Assembly (NCBI RefSeq): GCF_000018305.1
Contig: NC_009954.1
Span: 840,001 to 872,000 of the forward strand
DNA from: Caldivirga maquilingensis IC-167
GTDB lineage: Archaea; Thermoproteota; Thermoprotei; Thermoproteales; Thermocladiaceae
Length of the DNA stretch: 32,000 bases
Reading direction: 5' to 3'
Shown here: piece by piece, positions 16,873-25,612 of the stretch
Layout: every line of letters begins with the position of its first letter
Numbering within the stretch: position 1 is the first letter of the stretch
Translations under genes and position numbers: made by a program
The notes under the pieces: generated by a model
Database searches by the model: none
Seen by the model: only the letters and a program-made list of their open reading frames with translations
What the model was told of the DNA's origin: nothing

Positions 16873-18393
16873 TTACTCAGGTGGTATTTCCTTATACACT
16901 AGGGTTATATCTATCCCCCTCTTCATGTTAATGTACTTAGATGCAGTATAGACTACTGCGCCTAATCCTATGAGGCCAAGCACGTAGGCTAATCCTGGGT
17001 AATATGGTTGCAGCGGCTTTAATGATTCAATAACACCAAAGTACGGGTTCGTGAATGCCTCATAACCTAGGAGCGATAGAGGTATTAGTGAGAGTACTGA
17101 TGAAACCAGCATCCCCTTATTCCCCTCCTCTCTAGCAGCCTTAATGCCAGCCACTGATACGAGTATTAAGTAAATTATGGCTAATGGTGTATAACTGTAT
17201 AGTGCCTCATACCCATTCGGGCTTATTATCGGGAAGGCCAGGAAGACCGCTGTGGCGGCTAAGTCAAGTAAGTGGGCGTACATTGGTGAACCCCACTTAT
17301 TAAGCCTTGAGAAGATTTCTGGGAATAACCTATCGAAGGAGAAGGCGAACACGTAGCGTGCGAAGACTATTACGCCAAAGGCCATTATGAAGAACTCCCA
17401 GGCAATTAGACCTAGGCCAATGAACCATTGTAATGCCTCATTGCGAGCTAAGTATATTGCAATATTCCAGAAGTTGTATATGCTGGTTGGGTAATAGGTC
17501 ATGTTGAAACTGTAACCCGCAGCTAAATCCATTAATAGGAAGGGTAGGGTAATGAAGATTACCGTTATTACGCTTCCTAGGATTTCATTATACAATAGCC
17601 CCCGTCTATCCCTTATCTCAGCGGCCACGGCTGGCCCGGCGTAGAGCCATATGTAGGCGTATGAGGCGAAGTACGGTATCATGTATAATGTTGCAGGTAA
17701 GCTAAAGGAGGGGCCTGTGTATGCGCTCTGGTTAGTTAGATTGAAGTACCTTAGGAATTGCCCAATACTCTGGTGGAAGGTTGGTATTGAGAAGCCTAGA
17801 ACAATCATTGCTGCTGCAGTGCCTGTTAAGGCTAATGCCCCTAAGGCTGTGGTTAACTTGAAACCGGCGCTAGGCCTAATTATATTAATTAACAGTATAA
17901 TTATGAATGCGATTAAGGCTATGGTGTAGTTAAACCATGCATTACTGGTACTGAATACTATGTTTGCTAATTTAATTAAGTCTTGTTGACCATGAGAGTA
18001 CCCTATAACCAATAGCACATTATTCACAGTGGTAACGGAGAAGAAGGCTGAGAGTGCGAAGAATGGAGGCATGTTGAAGGCTAGGGCAATACCCATGATT
18101 GAGCCTAAACCTCCGTGAAGCTTCCTGGTGATCCACACGTAATCCCCACCAGTCCTAGGTATCCTAGCTATGAAGTAGGTGTAAAGTATCACCAGTGGGA
18201 GGGTTAGTATGAATGTCAGTATACTTGATAACCATAATACTGCACCAGGTATCACAAAGGGGCTAATACCTATGAATACGGCTAAGCCAGCACCCATGTT
18301 AGCGACGTTAAGCATTGCAGCATCCCACAGTGAGGCCCTCTTAACAAGACCGGAACTCTGCCTAACGAATAAAGCCATATTCACGGGAACCAT
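16873..18393 (-). CDS. APC-superfamily amino acid/polyamine permease
   Basis: 506 aa with about 12-13 predicted TM segments. The N-terminal pattern ([21 protein letters not shown]...[10 protein letters not shown]) is typical of APC transporters. Flanked by ~240-nt AT-rich spacers. Confidence 0.75.
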   Translation of the reverse strand: MVPVNMALFVRQSSGLVKRASLWDAAMLNVANMGAGLAVFIGISPFVIPGAVLWLSSILTFILTLPLVILYTYFIARIPRTGGDYVWITRKLHGGLGSIMGIALAFNMPPFFALSAFFSVTTVNNVLLVIGYSHGQQDLIKLANIVFSTSNAWFNYTIALIAFIIILLINIIRPSAGFKLTTALGALALTGTAAAMIVLGFSIPTFHQSIGQFLRYFNLTNQSAYTGPSFSLPATLYMIPYFASYAYIWLYAGPAVAAEIRDRRGLLYNEILGSVITVIFITLPFLLMDLAAGYSFNMTYYPTSIYNFWNIAIYLARNEALQWFIGLGLIAWEFFIMAFGVIVFARYVFAFSFDRLFPEIFSRLNKWGSPMYAHLLDLAATAVFLAFPIISPNGYEALYSYTPLAIIYLILVSVAGIKAAREEGNKGMLVSSVLSLIPLSLLGYEAFTNPYFGVIESLKPLQPYYPGLAYVLGLIGLGAVVYTASKYINMKRGIDITLVYKEIPPE

Positions 18394-18600
18394 GCCGGGT
18401 TATAATAACACAATAGTGCAGAAACAGGTAATTTAACCTAAATCCTTATGATTATGTAGTGCAAAAATAATGCAGGAAACAATGCAATACCTCATAACCA
18501 GTTAATTGAGTAATTAAGCATCAGGATTATTAATTAAATAAGATGATGTATGGTTATTACTTACGTTATGAATCATGGGGTTAATTTTCCTGAAAAGGTG

Positions 18601-18608
18601 TTTAAATA
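18601..18608 (+). promoter_or_regulatory. TATA-box-like element (TTTAAATA) 28 nt upstream of the DUF89 gene start
   Basis: Its spacing to the ATG at 18636 fits a leaderless mRNA. Confidence 0.45.
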
Positions 18609-18635
18609 GACTTCACTCCACGTAGTTGAGTAATA

Positions 18636-19514
18636 ATGAAGCCGCATAGGGAATGCCCACTCTGCATAGTGAGTGTTAGGCTTAATGAGGTTGCCTCGGC
18701 TCAAATTAATGATGAGAAGGTTATTGATGCATCATCACTGGTGTTAGAGGAGTCCGCCAAGGCCTTCAGGAGAGATGATGAATTAACTAGGATTGCCTCA
18801 AGTATATTTGCTGAATTAGTTTCAAGGTACCCTGAGGTTATTGAGTATTATAAGGTTGCTAAACGTAGGAGCATTGATAATGCCAAGGCTCAGTTAGCCT
18901 TAATTAAATCAGCATTACATGATTTAAGCGGATTCAATTTATTTAAGGCAGCCACCAGGGTTTCAATAGCAGGTAACCTACTGGACATGGGGGTGGCTTC
19001 CCATAAACCACCCAGTGAATTATCGTTAAACTCAATCATGAGTATGCCCTTCTCCATAGACCATACCAGTGAATTATACAATATGCTGAGTAAGGGTGGC
19101 TTAAGGGTACTGTGGCTTTTTGATAATGCTGGTGAAGCAGTGTTTGACACTGTTCTCATAGATTTAATCAGAGGCATGGGTAATACAGTTACCGGTGTGG
19201 CTAAGGCTGAGCCAGGTTTTCAAAATGACTTAACAATAAGTGACGCTGAATACGCTGAACTAGGTAATCACCTGGATGAATTAATATCAACAGGATATGC
19301 GGGTTCAAGTATACATTTAGATAAGGTTAGTAGTGAATTCCTAAGCAGGCTAAAGGCCAGTGACCTAGTGGTGGCTAAGGGTATGGCTCACTTCGAGTAC
19401 TTATCCGAGGTTAATTTAGGTAAACCCACAGCATTCCTACTGGTTCCTAAATGCGGGCCTGTTGCCAGGGTATTGGGTGTTGAGAAGGGTACCCTAGTAG
19501 CTATGTTAAGGTGA
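18636..19514 (+). CDS. DUF89 (ARMT1-like) metal-dependent phosphatase family protein
   Basis: 292 aa. N-terminal CPLC, the core LFDNAGEAVFD motif (DNxGE...D metal site), and C-terminal VAKGMAHFE. Confidence 0.7.
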   Translation: MKPHRECPLCIVSVRLNEVASAQINDEKVIDASSLVLEESAKAFRRDDELTRIASSIFAELVSRYPEVIEYYKVAKRRSIDNAKAQLALIKSALHDLSGFNLFKAATRVSIAGNLLDMGVASHKPPSELSLNSIMSMPFSIDHTSELYNMLSKGGLRVLWLFDNAGEAVFDTVLIDLIRGMGNTVTGVAKAEPGFQNDLTISDAEYAELGNHLDELISTGYAGSSIHLDKVSSEFLSRLKASDLVVAKGMAHFEYLSEVNLGKPTAFLLVPKCGPVARVLGVEKGTLVAMLR

Positions 19515-19576
19515 AGTAATTAAACAATAGAATCACATCATTAAATAACCAATGCGCATCGTGTTGAGGATTCATC

Positions 19577-19987
19577 ATGGGCTTACACTTAATAAGTTTA
19601 CTTAGAGGCCCTTGCATGCATGTAGGTAACTGGGCTAATGTACCTCAACAGGACGTATCAAGCCTACTTAAGGGGACTAGGGGATTCTACATTCAGTGGC
19701 TTGTAACTAAGGATCATGGTTCAGTGAAATATGCTGTGAGGAGGTTTGTGGTTAAGCCAGGTGGCTACATGCCTCTTCATAATCATAAGTACACGGAGGC
19801 TGTAATTATACTTAAGGGTAAGCTTAGGGTTAAGGGTAATGGTGTCCTCTACGACCTTGGACCTGGTTCATTCTTCTTCACGGGACCATATGAACCCCAT
19901 TCATTAGAGAACATTGGTGACGATGACGCTGAATTCATTTGCGTAATATCCTATGAGGATGATATGGAATTAAGGCCCCTTGAGTAA
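19577..19987 (+). CDS. Cupin domain protein
   Basis: 136 aa. Cupin motif 1 (GGYMPLHNHKYTEAVIILKG) and motif 2 (GSFFFTGPYEPHSLENIG). The true start may be the internal Met14. Confidence 0.7.
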   Translation: MGLHLISLLRGPCMHVGNWANVPQQDVSSLLKGTRGFYIQWLVTKDHGSVKYAVRRFVVKPGGYMPLHNHKYTEAVIILKGKLRVKGNGVLYDLGPGSFFFTGPYEPHSLENIGDDDAEFICVISYEDDMELRPLE

Positions 19988-20049
19988 CCGCATCCCGCTG
20001 AGGACAGGATGCTTAATGTATGGTTAATTAAGGCTTCAATGTTTAATTG

Positions 20050-20056
20050 TTATAAA
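20050..20056 (+). promoter_or_regulatory. TATA-box-like element (TTATAAA) about 21-27 nt upstream of the MmgE/PrpD gene start
   Basis: GTTATAAACC at 20049..20058. The same decamer occurs on the + strand at 25591..25600, where its reverse complement GGTTTATAAC serves the minus-strand helicase. Confidence 0.45.
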
Positions 20057-20076
20057 CCAGGCATTATTATTAAGTT

Positions 20077-21450
20077 ATGCCTAAGGATTTATCAGAGGTT
20101 TTCGTGGATTACGCAATGAGCATAGGCTTCGATGATTTACCCACTAATGTTGTTAAGGAGGTTAAGAGGAGGATACTTGATAGCCTTGGGGTTGCATTAG
20201 CCTCATACTCAGCTGAGCCTGTTAAGTACGCTAGGTTAGCTGCATTGGGTTTTAGGGGTAATGTACCCATAATTGGTTCAAGTCAATTAACCACCGTTGA
20301 TTGGGCTGCCTTCATAAATACGCTTATGGTTAGGTACCTTGACTTTAACGACACTTACCTATCCAAGGAGCCGCTGCATCCATCAGACATGATTGGTACA
20401 GCCTTAGCTGTTTCACAGTACCTTGGGTCAAGTGGGAAGGAGGTTATTACAGCCTTAGCCATTGGTTATGAGGCTGGGGTTAGATTATGTGATGCAGCCT
20501 CACTTAGGGCTCATGGGTGGGATCACGTTAACTACACTGGCATAGGGCACTTACTGGTTGCTGGTAAATTAATGAGGGTTAATAGGGAGGCATTCATTAA
20601 CGCCATTGCCATACATGCAACCTCCCACTTATCCACAAGGCAGAATAGGGTTGGTGAATTATCTCACTGGAAGGCAGCCGCCACCGCTAATCAGGCTAGG
20701 AACGCTGTATTCTCCGTGGTGGTGGCCTCCCATGGCTTAACTGGACCTGATAAACCCTTTGAGGGGGAAATGGGGTTCATTAGGCAGCTCCTGGGTGGTG
20801 AGTTTGATTACGGGCCCATGAAGGATCTTGAGAACCTTACTAAGCCATCAGCCATATTGAGAACCTACATTAAGCCTTACCCAGTGGAGTATCATGCCCA
20901 GTCAGCAGTTGAGGCTTCACTTAGGATTCGCAGCGAATTAGGTGCAATTGATCCAAGTGATGTTGAATCCATTAGCATTAGGACGTTTAAGGCGGCTTAC
21001 GACATTATTGTTAAGGACCCTGAGAAGTGGAATCCTAAGACTAAGGAGACCGCTGACCATAGTTTAATGTGGGCAGTAGCAACCGCTTTAATTAATGGTG
21101 ACTTATGGTTAAGTCACTATGAGCCATCTAGAATAAGGGATCCCAGGGTGCTTGAGTTAATTAAGAGGATTAAGGTTACTGTTGACCCTGAATTAGATAA
21201 ACAGTATCCACAAGCCACACCCACCGTGGTTAGTGTTAAACTGAGAAATGGAAAGGAAACTGAGGTTAAGATTGATTACCCAAAGGGCCACCCCATGAAC
21301 CCCATGAGCGATGATGAGGTTGAGGGCAAGTTTAGGAGGCTTACCACTGGTTTACTCACCGTTAAGCAGCAGGACGAGGTTATAAGGGTGGTTTGGGGTC
21401 TTGAGGATATTAAGGACTTAGCATCATTAATTAAGGCAACTGTAATCTAA
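20077..21450 (+). CDS. MmgE/PrpD family protein (2-methylcitrate dehydratase-like)
   Basis: 457 aa. N-terminal family pattern (FDDLPTNVVKEVKRRILDSLGVALAS) and a mid-region HPSD. The length and layout are typical of PrpD. Confidence 0.85.
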   Translation: MPKDLSEVFVDYAMSIGFDDLPTNVVKEVKRRILDSLGVALASYSAEPVKYARLAALGFRGNVPIIGSSQLTTVDWAAFINTLMVRYLDFNDTYLSKEPLHPSDMIGTALAVSQYLGSSGKEVITALAIGYEAGVRLCDAASLRAHGWDHVNYTGIGHLLVAGKLMRVNREAFINAIAIHATSHLSTRQNRVGELSHWKAAATANQARNAVFSVVVASHGLTGPDKPFEGEMGFIRQLLGGEFDYGPMKDLENLTKPSAILRTYIKPYPVEYHAQSAVEASLRIRSELGAIDPSDVESISIRTFKAAYDIIVKDPEKWNPKTKETADHSLMWAVATALINGDLWLSHYEPSRIRDPRVLELIKRIKVTVDPELDKQYPQATPTVVSVKLRNGKETEVKIDYPKGHPMNPMSDDEVEGKFRRLTTGLLTVKQQDEVIRVVWGLEDIKDLASLIKATVI

Positions 21451-21481
21451 GTTAATGCATTTTTAACCACTATAGTTATGT

Positions 21482-21490
21482 CTTTAAAAT
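21482..21490 (+). promoter_or_regulatory. TATA-box-like element (CTTTAAAAT) about 22-30 nt upstream of the MFS gene start
   Basis: Its position relative to the ATG at 21512 indicates that the MFS gene has its own promoter. Confidence 0.4.
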
Positions 21491-21511
21491 ACATTCCTAA
21501 TGCAGTAAACT

Positions 21512-22723
21512 ATGGTGAATAAGGATACATACATTGCCATACTGGCTGGAATGGGTGGTTTCACGGATGGTTTCGCATTACTACTGGGTGGTGCAGCATT
21601 ACTATCATTAAGTCATTACTTTAAATTAACCCCTGGGATTGAGGGATTAATAATATCAATGCCGTTCATAGGTTCAGTTATTGGTTCATTAATCTTCGGT
21701 AGATTAGCCGATTTATTAGGTAGGAGGGCAATATTCCTAAACGTCCTACTCTTCTTCGTCTTAGGTTCACTTATAAGCGCCGTAGCCTACAATACGCTAC
21801 TCATAATTATTGGTAGATTACTAGTAGGTATTGGAATAGGGGGTGATATACCAGCTGGCGCCAGTCTAGTGGCTGAATTATCTAATAAGGGTAGTAGAGG
21901 TAGGTTAATTTCAATACAAAGCATGTTATGGGGACTCGGTGGTTTTGCGGCGGCGTTGGTTGCATTACCATTACTGAACCTAATGGGTGCTGAATCATGG
22001 AGGTTAATATTCGGGCTAGGTGCAATACCACCTTTAATAGTGTTAGTCTTAAGAAGAAGCATTAATGAGAGTTGGGTATGGGAAATCAAGAGGAGAAATA
22101 GCAGTAATATTAAGTTAAGTAATCGTAGTAGGTATACATTAGTCTTAGCCTTCACCGCAGCGTCGTTATTTGTATGGACATTTATCTTAGCCATATTCGC
22201 CAATTATACACCCACCATATTAGTTAATGCAATGCAGCTTAATAAGGCTATGGCATTACTCATAAGTGGACTTCAGTGGATTGGCTTCGTAGCTGGTGGA
22301 TTAATCGTATTCAAGTACTGTGATAGGCTTGGTAGAAGAACACTCATAGTACCTGCGACAGTGGGTGAGGCTGCATTACTTTACTTATCAATAATAATGG
22401 TCAAGGATCCAGTGACACTATCACTAATACTAATAACTCTATGGGTACTGGGGGGAGTCGGCTACATTGTGAACAGCATATATTCAGCGGAATTATTCCC
22501 AACACTACTCAGGGGTACATCAAACGGTATAAGTTTCTCAGCAGGGAGACTGGGTGGGTATATAAGTACGCTTATATTACCATCACTGCTGTTGAGTATT
22601 GGATTAAGTAAAGTATTCTTAATCCTTGCAGTCATGATAACCCCATTAATTGCAACCTGCATAGCCACTGCACCACGTAGTGAGAATAAGAGCTTAGAGG
22701 AATTAGAAAAAGACTACTTCTAA
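21512..22723 (+). CDS. Major facilitator superfamily transporter
   Basis: 403 aa, about 12 TM. MFS motif A (GRLADLLGRRAIF) after TM2, and a second-half repeat (CDRLGRR). Confidence 0.85.
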   Translation: MVNKDTYIAILAGMGGFTDGFALLLGGAALLSLSHYFKLTPGIEGLIISMPFIGSVIGSLIFGRLADLLGRRAIFLNVLLFFVLGSLISAVAYNTLLIIIGRLLVGIGIGGDIPAGASLVAELSNKGSRGRLISIQSMLWGLGGFAAALVALPLLNLMGAESWRLIFGLGAIPPLIVLVLRRSINESWVWEIKRRNSSNIKLSNRSRYTLVLAFTAASLFVWTFILAIFANYTPTILVNAMQLNKAMALLISGLQWIGFVAGGLIVFKYCDRLGRRTLIVPATVGEAALLYLSIIMVKDPVTLSLILITLWVLGGVGYIVNSIYSAELFPTLLRGTSNGISFSAGRLGGYISTLILPSLLLSIGLSKVFLILAVMITPLIATCIATAPRSENKSLEELEKDYF

Positions 22724-22905
22724 AAATAACGTATTCCTAAGGATTCAAGAATAATGGTTTTCCGCTCATTAAACGAATATTACGCATCATATCTCGGATT
22801 ATATTAAGGATGAGTTTAACGCGAGTATTGATGGGTTAAAGGTTTAAGATTAGGAACTTGGCTTCATCCTAAATGTTGAACAGTAAGTATTTTTCACCAC
22901 TGGTT

Positions 22906-25566
22906 TCATTTAACATACTTAAGCATGCTACCCTGCTCCTTAAGTTTACTAACTATTGCCTTAACCCTATTTAGGAGTAGACTTAGGTCCTTCTCATCAT
23001 ACTTCCTACACTCCTTCTCGTAGACTTCATCATCCGGGTGCCTCTCATTACTTAAGGCCTCCTCAATGGTGTTTCTAGCAATTATTTCATAGACCCTAGC
23101 CTCAACTTTACCCTCAGTCTGCCTAACCACACGCCCAACCCTCTGAATCATTTGCCTAGGTGAACCTGTTCCTGAAACCACTACGGCTACATCAGCATCA
23201 GGCACATCAATACCCTCATCCAACACTGTTGTAGTAACCAGGACCTTAACATTACCTAACCTGAATCTCTCAAATATATCATCCCTATTACTGGTCTTAG
23301 ATGTTATTAACGCTACCTTAACCCCAAGCTCCTTCTTCAATTCCTCGTAAATCTCCTCAGCCTGCTCAATATACTGTGTAAACACTATTACCTTACTTCC
23401 CAGTGAATACTCCAGTTTAGTTAATTGAACAGTCACTGGAATCTTAGCCTTAGCCTGAGCCGCAGTGTTCCTAAGCATTATGGCGTTATCCTCCCCAATT
23501 GACCTATACTCCTTAACCTCATCCTCACTTAACTTAACGTAAATCCTGAAGTGCCTTATTGGGACAACGAGACCAGCATGAACCATGTCTAGGTAAGTCG
23601 CCTTATGCACCACACCACCACTGGTTAGGTATATTAATTCCTCGTTACCATCCTTCCTAGTTGGTGTTGCTGATAAGGCTAACCTATAGGGTGCAGTCAA
23701 CTTGAATGCAACGTTCTTAAAAGTCTCAGCAGGCACATGATGGCAATTATGAACAACCACACCATCAGCTATGAAACTATGATCCTCCTCCACCTCAATA
23801 TCATAAACAACCCCTACCCCTCCTAAAATACCTCTAATGCCGGTGACTGGATTAATCTTAGGAATCCCCTCATCAACTTCATGTTCAGCATACGGAGAAG
23901 GTAGTGATTGCCGTATCGCATTATCATGATCTTTATCTACAAGAACGTTCACACTAAGTACTCTCACTGGGGTAAAGTATGAATCATGCTTAGCTTCATA
24001 CCTCTTATTTCCCATGGAATTAATAAGCAGTAATCCTTGTCCACTATCTTTAATAATGTCATCATCTCCAAGGGTAGTTGCTACTTTAGTGGGTTCATTA
24101 TTCATAGGTTTAGGTTGCTTACCGTATAATGGTTCCCTGAGATTTAAGCCGCTTTGAATTCTACCCTGTGGCGCCTGCGTATTGTAGAAGTATAGTAAGT
24201 CTCCGTTCCTTAATTCTATTGCTGGTTTCCACCCATTCTGTGTAAGGATTAGATGGTCTTCCGTTACCGTTAATTCGCCTTTCTCATGCGTAATCCTTAC
24301 TAGTCTCTTAACTAAGGGTATTTTGAAGTAATTAGTAATACGCATGAAGCGTCCTTTATGCGTAAGAACCTTAACGGGTAATCTCTTCTCCACAATCTCC
24401 CCTATGGGTATTAATCCCTTATCCGTAATAACTAATGCATCATATGGTAAACACTCATCGAAGATTGCTAAGTCGAATCTATCCCTAATGTCACCTATGT
24501 ACTTAACCGCTGAATTATATATGGCTACGGTCACATCCTTGATTTCATTAAACCCACCACCAAGCCTACCTGCCTCAATACCCAGCATCCTTCTGATTCT
24601 ATCATGCCACTGATTCATTAATTCCTCCGTAACCACTAGTATTATTGTAGGTACTTTAACTGTTGCAATGGCCTTTAATGCGATGAATGTTTTACCACCA
24701 CCTGTTGGGATGACCACTGTTCCCTTATAACCATTCTTAACCCACGCCTCTAATGCATTCCTTTGGAAATCCAGTAGATTAACATTATCCTTAGGCACTG
24801 GGATTGATCTAGGTTTCCACTCAACTTCCTTAATAACGTAGCCCAGTTTCCTCAGTAATGACTCTATGGTTTGCTTTTCAAATACAGGGAACCTAATAAT
24901 CCATTTATCACCATCCCTATACACATCATCCCTACCTATAACTGGTATTTCATACCTATTCAAGTTACCTTGCTTATCAACAGTATTGTAAGGTATTCTA
25001 ATCTCCCTAAGGCTCTTAAGTAGTCCCTTGGCTAGGAAGTTTAACGTCACCTTACCGTTATCAACAATGGCAAGTCTCCATTCAATTCTCCTACCGTAAG
25101 TCTCCCTTAGGGAATGATCATTCAGGAGTATTTTCACGGCCTCCTCAACGGCATCATCACTCTTAACCCCTAGTTTCTCCATCGCCTTACCCACAAGCTT
25201 AGTAACGTAATCCTCGAATGACTCAGCCTCAACGTATTCATCCTCCATTATGAGTTTAGCAACACATGGTACATTAACCCTATTACCCATTGCACACTGC
25301 TTAAACTCCTCCGGAACCTTAGGAACCTTAATTGATGCCTTAAGTAATGGCTTAACAATTAACTCATACTCACTGGCGCTTAACCTAAGTAGCTCCCTAA
25401 GCTTCTCAACGTCATTAATCCTACTTAATTTACCCACCCAGGTTGTATCACTGGGATTCCACTTAAACCCCATTCTCTTCAACTCATCCTTAACCTTGAC
25501 TACAGTCCCCCAGTTCCATTGCCTCTTAATTAATACACCATTAACATTAACCTTAAACTCCACCAC
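22906..25566 (-). CDS. XPB/Rad25-like SF2 DNA helicase (Res-subunit-like) precursor containing a mini-intein
   Basis: 886 aa, GTG start. Motifs: Q-like LLDFQRNALEAW, motif I (IPTGGGKTF), motif Ia (ILVVTEELMNQW), motif II split as FDE|intein|CHH, motif III region (LALSATPTRKDGNEEL), motif V (VTTTVLDEGIDVPD) and motif VI (SPRQMIQRVGRVVR). Residues 1-260 match nothing I recognise. Confidence 0.85.
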   Translation of the reverse strand: MVEFKVNVNGVLIKRQWNWGTVVKVKDELKRMGFKWNPSDTTWVGKLSRINDVEKLRELLRLSASEYELIVKPLLKASIKVPKVPEEFKQCAMGNRVNVPCVAKLIMEDEYVEAESFEDYVTKLVGKAMEKLGVKSDDAVEEAVKILLNDHSLRETYGRRIEWRLAIVDNGKVTLNFLAKGLLKSLREIRIPYNTVDKQGNLNRYEIPVIGRDDVYRDGDKWIIRFPVFEKQTIESLLRKLGYVIKEVEWKPRSIPVPKDNVNLLDFQRNALEAWVKNGYKGTVVIPTGGGKTFIALKAIATVKVPTIILVVTEELMNQWHDRIRRMLGIEAGRLGGGFNEIKDVTVAIYNSAVKYIGDIRDRFDLAIFDECLPYDALVITDKGLIPIGEIVEKRLPVKVLTHKGRFMRITNYFKIPLVKRLVRITHEKGELTVTEDHLILTQNGWKPAIELRNGDLLYFYNTQAPQGRIQSGLNLREPLYGKQPKPMNNEPTKVATTLGDDDIIKDSGQGLLLINSMGNKRYEAKHDSYFTPVRVLSVNVLVDKDHDNAIRQSLPSPYAEHEVDEGIPKINPVTGIRGILGGVGVVYDIEVEEDHSFIADGVVVHNCHHVPAETFKNVAFKLTAPYRLALSATPTRKDGNEELIYLTSGGVVHKATYLDMVHAGLVVPIRHFRIYVKLSEDEVKEYRSIGEDNAIMLRNTAAQAKAKIPVTVQLTKLEYSLGSKVIVFTQYIEQAEEIYEELKKELGVKVALITSKTSNRDDIFERFRLGNVKVLVTTTVLDEGIDVPDADVAVVVSGTGSPRQMIQRVGRVVRQTEGKVEARVYEIIARNTIEEALSNERHPDDEVYEKECRKYDEKDLSLLLNRVKAIVSKLKEQGSMLKYVK
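23746..24453 (-). mobile_element. Mini-intein (236 aa) inserted in helicase motif II
   Basis: Cys1 is at 24453..24451 (TGT), directly after FDE. Block A is CLPYDALVITDKGLIPIGEIV, block B is TVTEDHLILT (TxxH), block F is VYDIEVEEDHSFIADG, and block G is VVVHN followed by +1 Cys (TGC, 23745..23743). Removing it restores FDECHHVPAETF. No LAGLIDADG or HNH motifs are visible. Confidence 0.85.
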
Positions 25567-25591
25567 TGAGTAGCCATTCCCAGTGTGTAAG

Positions 25592-25598
25592 TTATAAA
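25592..25598 (-). promoter_or_regulatory. TATA box (TTTATAA on the minus strand) 26-32 nt upstream of the helicase GTG
   Basis: The minus strand reads GGTTTATAAC-N22-GTG. This implies that the helicase has its own promoter and a leaderless mRNA, even though the upstream gene is on the same strand. Confidence 0.5.
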
Positions 25599-25612
25599 CC
25601 TATGGTCACTGA

